This document shows positions 10,197-20,238 of a stretch of DNA of 64,000 nt, in pieces. The translations under genes and the position numbers were made by a program. The notes under the pieces were generated by a model. The model was not told where the DNA came from and searched no databases. It saw only the letters and a program-made list of their open reading frames with translations. How positions within the stretch are numbered: the first letter of the stretch is position 1; each line of letters begins with the position of its first letter. Source of the DNA: Cenarchaeum sp. (GTDB taxonomy: Archaea > Thermoproteota > Nitrososphaeria > Nitrososphaerales > Nitrosopumilaceae); assembly GCA_963693095.2 (NCBI GenBank), contig OY843768.1, forward strand, positions 864,001-928,000. The letters run 5' to 3'.

Positions 10197-11078
10197 ATGT
10201 CCATGAAGGTCGGCATTGTAGGGACGGGGATGCTAGGCGAGGCAGTCGCGCTTCGCCTCATCGAGCGCGGCCATACGCTCGCAGCGTACAACCGCACGCG
10301 CGAGAGGACATTGCGGCTCGCAGATGCCGGCGCGAAAGTCATGGAGAGCGCAAAAGACGTCGCGGCCGCATCAGACATTGCCATAGTGTGCGTCACAGAC
10401 GCAGACGCGGTCCGCAGTGTCACGTTTGGGGATGGCGGCCTGGCCTCTGGCGCGCATGACGCCCTGGTCATCGCAGACATGAGCACGATTAGTCCAGTGG
10501 ACTCGCGCGAGATTGCGCAGAGGCTTGCAGCAGAGTTTGGCATAAAGATGATCGGCATTCCCGTCATGGGCGGGCCGGACGCGGCGGCGGCCGGCACGCT
10601 CGTCGTCATGGCAGACGGGGACAGGGACGCATACACGGCGTGCGAGGGCGTGCTCCGCGACGTTGGCCAGGAGGTCCACCACCTAGGCAAGAACGGCACG
10701 GCACACACGGTAAAGCTTGCGATGAACCTGCAGATAGCGTCCCTGGCACTCTCGATATCAGAGGGCATAGAGATAACGAGGCGCGGTGGCGTGGATCCCG
10801 AGACGTTTCTAACGGTGCTAAACTCGACATACTTTGGAACGGGCATGAGCCGCAAAAAGGCCCACAGGATGGCGCGTGGCGAGTACACGCCAACGTTCCT
10901 GCTGCGCAACCTAGAGAAGGACCTCGGCATAATTACGCGCTTTGCCGAATCACGCGGCGCAGCGCTTCCGGGGGCAGGCAACATACTCAGGGTATACCGC
11001 GACGCGGTGAATGCGGGGCATGGGGACCTTGACTATACGGGGATACTGCGCCACATTGGTGGCACATCAGACGACTAG
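10197..11078 (+). CDS. NAD(P)-dependent beta-hydroxyacid dehydrogenase (3-hydroxyisobutyrate/6PGD family)
   Basis: VGIVGTGMLG, YNRT, DMSTISP, PVMGG, KLAMN, KDL. Confidence 0.92.
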   Translation: MSMKVGIVGTGMLGEAVALRLIERGHTLAAYNRTRERTLRLADAGAKVMESAKDVAAASDIAIVCVTDADAVRSVTFGDGGLASGAHDALVIADMSTISPVDSREIAQRLAAEFGIKMIGIPVMGGPDAAAAGTLVVMADGDRDAYTACEGVLRDVGQEVHHLGKNGTAHTVKLAMNLQIASLALSISEGIEITRRGGVDPETFLTVLNSTYFGTGMSRKKAHRMARGEYTPTFLLRNLEKDLGIITRFAESRGAALPGAGNILRVYRDAVNAGHGDLDYTGILRHIGGTSDD

Positions 11079-11642
11079 GCCAGCCCTGGCCGCGCGCGCA
11101 ATGGTGCGCGCGACACGCAACGGTTCGGGAATCGCACCATGCCGCGTGAACGAGCCAAGTATTGCCGCAGCGTCATTGCAAGTGCATCCCGCGCGCACCA
11201 CAAAAACATCATGGCCCGTGTGCAGCCTCATGCGCTCCCTAGTCGGCATGGAGGCATACTCGGCGAGCCGTTGAGCCGGCGACTCAAAGTGATGCCTTAT
11301 TGCCCCGTCGAGTCCGCCTGACTCGCGGTACGTCACGCCTATCGCCGGCACCTGCGTAAGCTCGGCCAGGCGCTCCACGTTGATGACATTGTACATCGAT
11401 ATGAGGAGGCCAGAGACCATTGTGCACGATATGTCGCACCTGTCAAGGCGCGAGTGCATCGCCGCAATGGCCTCAGTCGCGTCATCGCCGGACACAGTGG
11501 AGCCGCCAATGACGGCGCCGTCGACTGTTCCGTCACGGCGCATGACGACGCCGGCGAGCGTTGACGTCGTGTCCCCCGGCCCAAAGCTCTCGGCGACGCC
11601 GAGGCAGCGAAGCCCGCGCTTTTCTGCATGGAGGCGCCTAAT
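11067..11642 (-). CDS. DUF99 (endonuclease V-like/endonuclease dU) family protein
   Basis: LGVAESF, LAGVVMRRD, GDDAT, YNVIN, IPEPLRVA; probable non-canonical ATT start. Confidence 0.8.
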   Translation of the reverse strand: MRRLHAEKRGLRCLGVAESFGPGDTTSTLAGVVMRRDGTVDGAVIGGSTVSGDDATEAIAAMHSRLDRCDISCTMVSGLLISMYNVINVERLAELTQVPAIGVTYRESGGLDGAIRHHFESPAQRLAEYASMPTRERMRLHTGHDVFVVRAGCTCNDAAAILGSFTRHGAIPEPLRVARTIARAARAGLVV

Positions 11643-11754
11643 GGAAGACGCGCCTCCGGTATGTCCTGTATGCCAGGCCGGATGCGGCCACCATGGCCGC
11701 CGATATTGCAGACCATATGAGGAGCGACAGCGCATCAGGGTGTTGCATCGGCAC
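11638..11754 (-). CDS. Small single-pass membrane protein
   Basis: MPMQHPDALSLLIWSAISAAMVAASGLAYRTYRRRVFH: TM helix plus basic tail, with a TATA-like box about 25 nt upstream. Confidence 0.55.
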   Translation of the reverse strand: MPMQHPDALSLLIWSAISAAMVAASGLAYRTYRRRVFH

Positions 11755-11858
11755 GGCGGCAAACTCCCGTCGCAGATATTTATGTTCGCTAGGCTGTGCG
11801 TGCCGGGGCGCTCGGCGCCCCAATACTGCTAAATATGCGCGCATTGGCCCTGTGCGCC

Positions 11859-12068
11859 ATGCCCGAGGCGATATGCGCAGAGTGCGGAAAGCGCATGTAC
11901 CACGAGAACGAGACGACGCTCAAGATAGAGGAGTCCGTCCACAAAAAGTTCTGCCGAAAGGAGGACGGCAGCTCGCACAGCTATATGCACAGGGCAGCGT
12001 ATGCCGACGAGCCGTTTGATGCCGAGCGCTCATCGGACACAAAGGGCTCCCCCGTGCTAAAGAGGTAG
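11859..12068 (+). CDS. Small Cys/His (CxxC...HxxxC) zinc-binding protein
   Basis: CAECGK...HKKFC; TAAATA box upstream. Confidence 0.65.
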   Translation: MPEAICAECGKRMYHENETTLKIEESVHKKFCRKEDGSSHSYMHRAAYADEPFDAERSSDTKGSPVLKR

Positions 12069-12115
12069 CCCACAGCACCCATGAATATATTCAGGCTCGC
12101 CTGGGCTTGCGCGTG

Positions 12116-13318
12116 ATGAATTCATACGATGTCGTTGTTGCCGGTGCCGGTCCGGCAGGCTCCTCGGCCGCACGTGCCGCAGCACTCGAGGGCGCAAGCG
12201 TTGCCCTCCTAGAGCGCGAGGCCGACGTTGCGCGAACCGTCCGGACCAGTGGCGTGACGTGGATGGACTCGGTCAGGGAGTTTGGGATTCCGCGCGACTG
12301 CTACCATCCGGTCCGCAACTATGCGTTCTTTTCGCCGGGCAACGAGGTCACCGTGAGCGACACGGAGGCACGCGCAGCGGTCCTTGACGTGCGCCGCACA
12401 TACAGGTGGCTAGCCGCTCGGGCGCAGGAGGCCGGCGCGCGCCTGTTCACCAGAACCGGCGTCACGCGCGCCATTGTCAATGGCAGTGCCGTGTGCGGCG
12501 TGCATGCGTCCTCGGATGCCGGTCCGGCAGAGTTTCGCGCGCGCATGACAGTCGACGCTACAGGGTTCCAGTCCACCGTCGCGCGCAGCGCACAAGCGGT
12601 TCACAAGTGGGACAGGTTTGGGGTCGGCGCCGAGTGGGAGGCCCACGCCGAGGGCGCCGATGAGGACACGTGGTGGCTCATGGTCGGCAGCGACTATTCG
12701 CCTGCCGGATACGCGTGGGTCTTTCCGCTAGGCGGCGACATGGTCAGGATTGGCGTTGGGATCGCAAAGCCCGAGTCCGGCGAAGATGCGGCCGCCAGGC
12801 TTGCGCGCCTCCTAGAGCGCAGGCCCGGACCGCTCTCGCGCCTTGGAAAGGTAAAGCCAGTCGAGTTTCACTATGGCATAATTCCCAATGGCGGAGTCGC
12901 GCGCAAGACGGTCCACGACGGCCTCATCCTTGCGGGCGACACGGCCGGACAGGCAAACCCGCTTGTCCTAGAGGGCATACGCTATGCGATACGGTATGGC
13001 GCAGCAGCCGGCAGTGCCGCTGCGCGCGCTGCAGCAGATGGGGATGTCTCGCAGGCGGCCATTGAGCACTATGAAAAGTCATGGAGACGCGAGATTGCAT
13101 CAAAGATACGCGCCGCCTCGCGCGTGCAGTCGCGCTGGCTTGGACTAGATGACAGGGGGTGGGATGACGAGCTAGAGACGATACGCGCGCTCTCGGCTGA
13201 CGAGTTTCTTGACTTTGTGAGGGCAGACTTTGGGCTAGGATACGTCGCGCGCCTTGCCGTCTCGCACCCGCGCCTTGCGGTGCGACAGCTAGTCAGGCTC
13301 GTTGGCGACTCGCTCTAG
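12116..13318 (+). CDS. Geranylgeranyl reductase-family FAD oxidoreductase
   Basis: DVVVAGAGPAG, VDATG, GYAWVFP, LAGDTAGQANPLVLEGIRYA. Confidence 0.88.
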   Translation: MNSYDVVVAGAGPAGSSAARAAALEGASVALLEREADVARTVRTSGVTWMDSVREFGIPRDCYHPVRNYAFFSPGNEVTVSDTEARAAVLDVRRTYRWLAARAQEAGARLFTRTGVTRAIVNGSAVCGVHASSDAGPAEFRARMTVDATGFQSTVARSAQAVHKWDRFGVGAEWEAHAEGADEDTWWLMVGSDYSPAGYAWVFPLGGDMVRIGVGIAKPESGEDAAARLARLLERRPGPLSRLGKVKPVEFHYGIIPNGGVARKTVHDGLILAGDTAGQANPLVLEGIRYAIRYGAAAGSAAARAAADGDVSQAAIEHYEKSWRREIASKIRAASRVQSRWLGLDDRGWDDELETIRALSADEFLDFVRADFGLGYVARLAVSHPRLAVRQLVRLVGDSL

Positions 13319-16317
13319 CGACTAACGGTGAAAAAGTCCGAGACGCGCAGGTCATGGTATGAGAGGAGCACGACGTGCGTGCCGGGCTCAAAGCTGCGCA
13401 CAAGGCTCTGCGAGAACGAGCCATTAGAGTCGTCGGTAAGTGCCACAGTCGTCACTAGGTCCCCGGACTGGTCAAAGATGTCGACATAGAGGTCCTCGGG
13501 GAAGGCGATCGACTTTTTGATCGCGCCCTCTAGGAGGAGGCCGCCCTGGCCATAGTCGGCGCGTATTGCCGCCTCGGGGGAGCGCTGCGGGAGGTAGCGC
13601 TCTATGAGCGCGCGCAGCTCGGCGACCTTGGAGCGGGCCTCGTTCTCGTCCCTGTCTAGGATGGCCTCCTCGGCGTCGGCGACCACAGGCCCTATGCGCC
13701 CGATGTTTGACTGGTATCGCTCACCGCCAAACCCGCGCATGAACTCACGCAGGTCAAAGAGGTCACGCGAGGAGGAAATGAGGCCAGAGCCGCCCGAGAG
13801 GTCCTGGCGCGCGATCCTGTCATCTGCAGTGCCGAGATCGTACGGAATGTACACAATGTTGGCCGATATCGTGTTGCGGTAGCCAAGCTCGGCAATGTAT
13901 ATGCCCGGCTCGCCAGGGCCGTTCCACGGTATGGAGAACGCCCCGTGCCTTGTGTCGCTGAACTCGAGCTCGCTGTGGAGCGTGTTGTTGGCGTTGAGAA
14001 CCGTGATCGATATGTCCTCTCTCCGGTCAAAGGCCTGCTTTTCGACAAACCCGTTTATCATCCACGTGCGCGTAGCCTCGTCGCGCTCTATGTCAAATAT
14101 CACGCTATTGTGCTTCATGCTAAGGTGATCCTGCGCGTATTCGTACGCCCGTGTTATCCACTCTTGCGCGTCCACAAAGTTGCCGTGCTCAGTGAACTCT
14201 GCTGCCCTGTCAAGGATAAGGCGCATCTCACGCGCCTCTTCTGTCCCGTTAACGAGGAACCGTTCCGCAATGCCCTGGAGCGCATCCACCTGCTCGGTGT
14301 ATGCGCGCCGGCGGACATCGACAATCCCATAGTCGTCTGACGACGGTGGAGCATCGCGATATGCGGCGTCCACCTCGATCCACTCTGCGCGCGCGTTTCG
14401 CACAATGTCATCAGCAAGACGCAGCTCGCCGGATATCACAAGCTCCCTCGCACGCGATATCTTTTGCTTTACCTCATCAACATAGTCTGAATATCCGGGC
14501 ACAAACCTCTTTGTGCGCAGACCAATCTCGCCGAGGCTCTCAAGCGAGTTTGCGCGCTCCAGTATGCTCGCAGCACGCCTTGTCTGGTCGACATCGGTGT
14601 TCGAGTTTAGCCGATCCCTGATCGCGCCGGCTTCCTGGGCAACCCACGCCAACAGAACCTCCGCCCTGTCCTGGCGCGCCTCTGTCGGGTTGCCCGAGGA
14701 GAGCTTTTGCGCAAGGTTCAGTATGTTGAGCGCATTGTCAATGTTGGCCAGTGCGGCCCTGTCTGACTGCTGATCCGCCTTTGCGCGCAGCGCACGGTAC
14801 TCCAGCTCCAGCGAGGAGAGCGGGCTGCGCGCTTCGCGCAGGGACTGTATCGAGTCCTCAAACCTTGCCACGACTGCGAGTATGTCATCAAGATTGCCCG
14901 CATCCCTCACGCTTGCGAGCAGGTCAGGCCACTGGCGCGTGATGTCAGTCTCTATGCCGTTGGCGCTCGTGAGCCGTATCACCTGCTCTAGGCGTGAGGA
15001 TATGTCGACGACTCCCTTTATCCTCGTGACATCATCCACACTCCTCATTATGTCCTCAGTCGAGCTCGCCGACCTGATATCCGAGACGATCTTGTTCCAG
15101 TCGGGGCGCAGCAGAATCCCAAGATCGCCGGCCCTGTCCCCATTGACAAAGTTCTCCACCTTGTCGAGGTCACGCAGTGCCATCGCCGCACCATACAGCG
15201 CCGAGGTCTGCGCCTCCAGGGCCACAGTCGCCTCGATCGTCGACGCCGAGGTCACCCGTGGCTTTAGTCCGGCCCAGTCCACCGTTATGAGCCTGTGAAG
15301 ATCGTCATCCTTGCGCTCCACTATGTCAAGATACCTTGCGTGCGTCAGCACGTTGACTAGCGAGTTTAGGCTTTCAATGTGTATGGGGGCAGTCCCGCGC
15401 GACAGGATGAATGACAGGTCAGAGCGAACGTCCTTTGAGAGGAGGGAGCCGCTCTTCATCATCAGGCTAAGAACGGTGGACTCTAGCTCCTCAAACGTCG
15501 GCGGGCGATCCGGAGTCGAGCCGCTTGACGGTTGGGCCGTGCGTATGTCGGTATATGCCTCGTTTATCTTTGCGTATGAGGAGCGCGCGTCGCCGGCCTC
15601 GTGGTACAGGATGGCCGCCCAGAGCAGGTTCCTGATCCCGATTGCGGCATCTGCCGATATAACCGAGTCGCGCTCGAGTGCCCCCGTTGCGTCAATTGCG
15701 TCACGTATGGCGCGTCGCAGCGTCACGTCAAGTCCCTCAAGGGACGAGTCGGTAAAAGAGTCGCCAAGGAGATCCACATAGATCTGCTCGACGGCCTCTA
15801 TCGTGTCAAGTGGCCCAACTAGGGCAAGTGCGCGCGTCGTGTACCATGACGTGTCAAGCCCCTGCGTGCGCGCAATGCGCGCGTCAAGTGCGGCGTGCGC
15901 TGCCCTGAGGGTGTCATCCCCCTCAGGCGCCTCTGCGCCGAGTCCGGAGAGGACGAACGAGGAGGACTGCGAGTGCTCTCCAAAGAATATGCGCACGTCA
16001 TACTCGCCGTCGATGCCGCACAGCGCTCCGCGGAGCGGCACGGCCTTTGTGACAAACTGGCCATCTGAGAGCGGCTGTATCTGCTGTATGCTGCACAGCT
16101 CGCCGCGCGGGTTGGCCACCTGCACGATGACGAACTTTGCCTGCCCTGGCGATGCGAGTATCCCGTGGACAAAGAGGTGGTCGCCCCTGCCATGCTCGCC
16201 GAGGTCCCTGTCCACGATTATTCTGTCAGGTGTCTGCGATGCCGCATATGCGGGCATGAGCAGGAGGAGCGCAAACCCCAAAGTCGACATTCTCGCCCTC
16301 ATTGTGGCAGAGTGCAC
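13315..16317 (-). CDS. Large secreted protein (about 1000 aa) with Ig-like ends and a helical core
   Basis: Signal peptide (FALLLLMPAYA), beta-rich domains of the NPRG..GEYDVRI and EPGIYIAEL type, long amphipathic helical middle. Confidence 0.75.
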   Translation of the reverse strand: MHSATMRARMSTLGFALLLLMPAYAASQTPDRIIVDRDLGEHGRGDHLFVHGILASPGQAKFVIVQVANPRGELCSIQQIQPLSDGQFVTKAVPLRGALCGIDGEYDVRIFFGEHSQSSSFVLSGLGAEAPEGDDTLRAAHAALDARIARTQGLDTSWYTTRALALVGPLDTIEAVEQIYVDLLGDSFTDSSLEGLDVTLRRAIRDAIDATGALERDSVISADAAIGIRNLLWAAILYHEAGDARSSYAKINEAYTDIRTAQPSSGSTPDRPPTFEELESTVLSLMMKSGSLLSKDVRSDLSFILSRGTAPIHIESLNSLVNVLTHARYLDIVERKDDDLHRLITVDWAGLKPRVTSASTIEATVALEAQTSALYGAAMALRDLDKVENFVNGDRAGDLGILLRPDWNKIVSDIRSASSTEDIMRSVDDVTRIKGVVDISSRLEQVIRLTSANGIETDITRQWPDLLASVRDAGNLDDILAVVARFEDSIQSLREARSPLSSLELEYRALRAKADQQSDRAALANIDNALNILNLAQKLSSGNPTEARQDRAEVLLAWVAQEAGAIRDRLNSNTDVDQTRRAASILERANSLESLGEIGLRTKRFVPGYSDYVDEVKQKISRARELVISGELRLADDIVRNARAEWIEVDAAYRDAPPSSDDYGIVDVRRRAYTEQVDALQGIAERFLVNGTEEAREMRLILDRAAEFTEHGNFVDAQEWITRAYEYAQDHLSMKHNSVIFDIERDEATRTWMINGFVEKQAFDRREDISITVLNANNTLHSELEFSDTRHGAFSIPWNGPGEPGIYIAELGYRNTISANIVYIPYDLGTADDRIARQDLSGGSGLISSSRDLFDLREFMRGFGGERYQSNIGRIGPVVADAEEAILDRDENEARSKVAELRALIERYLPQRSPEAAIRADYGQGGLLLEGAIKKSIAFPEDLYVDIFDQSGDLVTTVALTDDSNGSFSQSLVRSFEPGTHVVLLSYHDLRVSDFFTVSR

Positions 16318-16408
16318 GCTATCTTACTTAAATACTGTGGTGCGTGTGCGGCACCGTCCGTGACCGTCCGTCGTGCTTATTAGGGTCTGCGCGCAAGCCT
16401 GCGCCGGA

Positions 16409-16711
16409 ATGAGATGGGTCAAGGTAGCCGAGCGGGGCTCCGTGGCCAGGGACTCTGGCGCCGAGTTTGACGTGGACGGGACAAAGATAGCCGTCTTTAA
16501 CCATGACGGGATGCATGCCCTAGAGTCGACGTGCGCGCACCAGGACGGCTCGATAGCGCCCGGCGAGATCAAGGACGGCGTAGTCGAGTGCCCCCTGCAC
16601 TTTTGGCATTATGACATAAAGACGGGCAGGCTCCTCGACTATCTCAAGGATGTCAGCCTCAAGACGTACAGGGTCGAGGAGAGAAAGGACGGCATCTACG
16701 TCGAGCTCTAG
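16409..16711 (+). CDS. Rieske [2Fe-2S] ferredoxin
   Basis: CAH...CPLH Rieske motifs. Confidence 0.93.
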   Translation: MRWVKVAERGSVARDSGAEFDVDGTKIAVFNHDGMHALESTCAHQDGSIAPGEIKDGVVECPLHFWHYDIKTGRLLDYLKDVSLKTYRVEERKDGIYVEL

Positions 16712-16736
16712 CAGTCACGCCGACGCCCTTGCGGCC

Positions 16737-17498
16737 ATGCCGCAGATTGACTATGCGGAAGCTGCTGATGCGGCCGTGCGCCTAGTCACAGACGCCGTCT
16801 CTTCGGCCGGCGCGAGCGGCGTTGTACTCGGGCTCAGCGGCGGGCTCGACTCGGCAGTCACTGCTGCAATATGCTCAAGGGCGTGCGCGACGACTGCGCT
16901 GGTGATGCCTGACTCACAGGTCACGCCAGGGCGCGACACCGAGGACGCGCAAGGGCTTGCCGGAACGCTAGGCATTGCGAGCCGGACAGTCGATATCGCG
17001 CCAATAGTAAATGAATTTGCGCGACATGTCGATTCCGACGAGAGGGCGCTTGGCAACGCAAGGGCGCGCATCAGGATGTGCCTGCTGTACCACCACGCCA
17101 ACTCTGCAGGCGCACTAGTTGCTGGAACTAGTGACCGGAGCGAGGCGCTCATAGGATACTTTACAAAGCATGGCGACGGTGCGGCCGACGTCTTTCCAAT
17201 AGCGTCGCTCTACAAGGTCCAGGTGAGGAATATGGCGCGGCACCTTGGCATACCAGTGGCAATTGCGCAGAAAAAGAGCGCACCGCACCTGTGGAACAAC
17301 CATGGTGCAGAAGATGAGATCGGCATGGCCTACGAGGAGATTGACCCGATCCTGCACTGCATCGTCGACAGGCGCATGGACGATGCCGACACGGCGCGTG
17401 ATGTCGCCGTTTCCGTCGAGACCGTGGCGCGCGTGCGCTCCATGCACGCAAAAAGCGCGCACAAGCGCGCACCGGCGCCGGGGGCGTGCCCACAGTGA
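16737..17498 (+). CDS. nadE: NH3-dependent NAD+ synthetase
   Basis: LGLSGGLDSAV, GNARARIRM, GYFTKHGDGA, LYKVQVR. Confidence 0.95.
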   Translation: MPQIDYAEAADAAVRLVTDAVSSAGASGVVLGLSGGLDSAVTAAICSRACATTALVMPDSQVTPGRDTEDAQGLAGTLGIASRTVDIAPIVNEFARHVDSDERALGNARARIRMCLLYHHANSAGALVAGTSDRSEALIGYFTKHGDGAADVFPIASLYKVQVRNMARHLGIPVAIAQKKSAPHLWNNHGAEDEIGMAYEEIDPILHCIVDRRMDDADTARDVAVSVETVARVRSMHAKSAHKRAPAPGACPQ

Positions 17499-18871
17499 AG
17501 GTTCACGACACGCTGAGCGGGGAGCGCGTCGGGGTCGGTCCGGCCGGACCCGTGCGCGTGTACGTGTGCGGCGCGACCGTGTATGATGACGCGCATGTCG
17601 GCCATGCGCGATCTGCCATAGTCTTTGACGTCCTGCGCAGGCACCTCGAGCGAGGGGGCGCTAGCGTCAAGCTCGTGCAGAACTTTACTGACGTTGATGA
17701 CAAGATACTCCGGCGCGCCGCAGAGTCCGGCGAGGACGCCGCCACGCTCACCGAGAGGCACATACGCAGGTACAATGAGGACTCTGATGCGCTCAACATA
17801 CTGCGCCCGACTAGCGCGCCTAGGGCAGTGGACCACATCGATGACATGGTCGCAATGATCCGCGAGCTAGTCGATGCCAGGGTCGCCTACGAGACTGCCA
17901 CGGGCGTCTACTTTGACGTGTCATCCTTTGCCCCATATGGCAGGCTGTCCGGCAAGAGGACAGACGAGCTTGTGGCCGGCGCGCGCGTCGGAGTTGACGA
18001 GACAAAGCGCAATGCGCTTGACTTTGCGCTCTGGAAGAGGGCAGAAGGCGAGCGGACATGGCCAAGCCCGTGGGGCACGGGCAGGCCCGGATGGCACATA
18101 GAGTGCTCGGCGATGGCAAGAAAGCACCTGCCCGGAACGATCGACGTGCATGGCGGGGGGCGCGACCTCATATTCCCCCACCACGAGAACGAGATTGCGC
18201 AGTCAGAGTCATGCACAGGGCACAGCCTTGCGCGCGCGTGGATGCATGTCGGAATGGTCACAGTGGACGGCGAAAAGATGTCAAAGTCAGCCGGCAACTC
18301 GCGCACGGTCAGGTCTGCAATCTCGGCGTGGGGAGCCAATGCGTTGCGCGTCTTTTGCCTCGGTGCGCGCTATTCAAAGCGCATAGACTATGTGTCCTCG
18401 GCAATGTCCGAGTGCGTCGAGAGGTGGCGGCAGGCCGAGACGTGCCACTATGAGCTTCGCCGCGCCGGCGTCAATGGCCCGTGCGATCCCGCCGGAGGGC
18501 GATGGCGCAGCTTTGTCGATGCGCTAGATGATGACCTTGACACGCGGCGCGCGCTAGACGAGCTCTTTGGGCTGGCCGGCGAGGTCAACGAGTCAGCCGC
18601 AGGCGGCGCGCTCGGGGATGCAGAGTCCGCATCAGCACGCGGCACGCTTGATGCAATGCTCGGCACGCTTGGCCTGCGGGTCAGCGGCCCGTCACGCGAC
18701 GCCGAGCTGAGACTTGACGAGCTGTGCGCGCTTCGCGAGAGCCGGCGCGCAGAGTCGCGCTATGGCGAGGCAGACGAGGCAAGGGACGAGATGGCATCCA
18801 TGGGCGCAGACGTCCTGGATCATGGCCGGCGAACCGTCTGGGTCTTTAGGGAGCGATCGGCGCAGGAATAG
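17486..18871 (+). CDS. cysS: Cysteinyl-tRNA synthetase
   Basis: YVCGATVYD, HVGH, QNFTDVDDK, GRPGWHIECSAM, FPHHENE, KMSKS. Confidence 0.97.
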   Translation: MPTVKVHDTLSGERVGVGPAGPVRVYVCGATVYDDAHVGHARSAIVFDVLRRHLERGGASVKLVQNFTDVDDKILRRAAESGEDAATLTERHIRRYNEDSDALNILRPTSAPRAVDHIDDMVAMIRELVDARVAYETATGVYFDVSSFAPYGRLSGKRTDELVAGARVGVDETKRNALDFALWKRAEGERTWPSPWGTGRPGWHIECSAMARKHLPGTIDVHGGGRDLIFPHHENEIAQSESCTGHSLARAWMHVGMVTVDGEKMSKSAGNSRTVRSAISAWGANALRVFCLGARYSKRIDYVSSAMSECVERWRQAETCHYELRRAGVNGPCDPAGGRWRSFVDALDDDLDTRRALDELFGLAGEVNESAAGGALGDAESASARGTLDAMLGTLGLRVSGPSRDAELRLDELCALRESRRAESRYGEADEARDEMASMGADVLDHGRRTVWVFRERSAQE

Positions 18872-18875
18872 TGAA

Positions 18876-18971
18876 TGGACCGGATGGGATTTGAACCCAT
18901 GACCATTGCGGGGCGCCGCGGCGCCCTTACGCAGTGTGAGTGCGTCATCCTAGCCGCTAGACGACCGGTCC
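18876..18971 (-). tRNA. tRNA-Val(CAC) with a 23-nt intron at position 44/45 (18905-18927)
   Basis: Acceptor GGACCGG/CCGGTCC, anticodon arm ACGCA-CTCACAC-TGCGT, T-arm ATGGG-TTCAAAT-CCCAT. The extra 23 nt form a BHB motif, and removing them restores the variable loop AGGTC. Confidence 0.92.
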
Positions 18972-19039
18972 GTCGGCGGTGGCGCAGGCAGCCGCTTTTG
19001 ACTCTTTAGGTTTGATGCGCGCAGGCGTGGGCCGGAGGG

Positions 19040-19207
19040 CTACTTTTTGGCGCCTAGTGCCCTGTTCTTTAGGCGCAGTGCCGAGTGGTGGCACTTGCGG
19101 CAGCGTGTCGCGGCCAGCGCGTTTCGCGCGCCGCAGTTAAAGCATATCTTGAGGTGAAGGCGCGCCTTTTGCGCTATCTGCTTCTTTTCGGGATCCGCTA
19201 TGGGCAT
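19040..19207 (-). CDS. rpl40e: 50S ribosomal protein L40e (55 aa, not in ORF track)
   Basis: MPIADPEKKQIAQKARLHLKICFNCGARNALAATRCRKCHHSALRLKNRALGAKK. Confidence 0.95.
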   Translation of the reverse strand: MPIADPEKKQIAQKARLHLKICFNCGARNALAATRCRKCHHSALRLKNRALGAKK

Positions 19208-19323
19208 CGTCGCGCACGCGACCCGCGCCCCTTTTTAACCTACCCGCCCATGGCGCCCAAACGGGCCGGCCACGCGCACCAATGGCATATAGTCCAGGAT
19301 CGCGCCAGAAAGCAGAAGGCCCA

Positions 19324-20238
19324 TCAGGCACTGCCGCGAATCTTGCCGGCTAGCAGAACCGAGACCTCGGCAGGCCGGCGGGCGACTGGCACGTTGGCCT
19401 TTGTGAACATGTCCACCTTTGACTCTGCAGAGCCATAGTTGCCGTACACGATAGCGCCGGCATGGCCCATGCGCTTCTCCTTTGGCGCCGCACGGCCGGC
19501 AATGTAGGCCACAACGGGAAGCTCAAAGCCCGTGTCGATTATCTTTTGCGCCAGCGTCTCCTCGGCGTCCCCGCCTATCTCCCCGACAACGACAATGCCG
19601 CGCAAGCCACTGATGCCGCGAACCATCTCAAATGCGTCAACGAGGCGCATGCCATTCACGGGATCTCCCCCAATTCCCAGCGTGATGCACTGGCCAAAGC
19701 CGGCCTGCGTCAGGTTGTTTGATATCTCATAGAGGAGCGTGCCGCTCTTTGAGAGGACGGCAATGTCCCCTGGCGCAAATGGGCTGGCAGGCATGATGCC
19801 CACCTTTATCGTGCCGGGAATCATGACGCCCGGCGTGTTGGGGCCGATGACGAGGGCGCCGTTCCTGGCGGCAAGCTCGATGACCTCGAGTGTGTCCCTT
19901 ACGGGCACGTGCTCGGGTATCGCCACGAGGAGTCGCGCGCCGGCCTCGAGTGCCTCGCGCGCGGCGCCAAGAAAGTGCCTCGCCGGAACAAAGTTTGCGA
20001 CAATCTCGGCGTGCGTGGCCGAGATCGCCTCGGCGACGGTGTTGTACAGCGGTATGCCCTCAAAGTCGCCGCCGCCCTTGCCGGGCGTGACACCGGCGGC
20101 TATGTTTGTGCCATAGTCGCGCATGAGGCGCGTGTGGCGCGAGCCAAACGTGCCGGTCATGCCCTGCACAATGACTGGCTTTTTGCCATAGTCGGCATCG
20201 CCCTCCTTGCCGCGCAATGTCTCAAAGATGTCAATCAT
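19324..20238 (-). CDS. sucD: Succinyl-CoA synthetase alpha subunit
   Basis: VQGMTG, GVTPGKGG, IGPNTPG, GIGGDP, GEIGG, RMGHAGA. Confidence 0.96.
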   Translation of the reverse strand: MIDIFETLRGKEGDADYGKKPVIVQGMTGTFGSRHTRLMRDYGTNIAAGVTPGKGGGDFEGIPLYNTVAEAISATHAEIVANFVPARHFLGAAREALEAGARLLVAIPEHVPVRDTLEVIELAARNGALVIGPNTPGVMIPGTIKVGIMPASPFAPGDIAVLSKSGTLLYEISNNLTQAGFGQCITLGIGGDPVNGMRLVDAFEMVRGISGLRGIVVVGEIGGDAEETLAQKIIDTGFELPVVAYIAGRAAPKEKRMGHAGAIVYGNYGSAESKVDMFTKANVPVARRPAEVSVLLAGKIRGSA

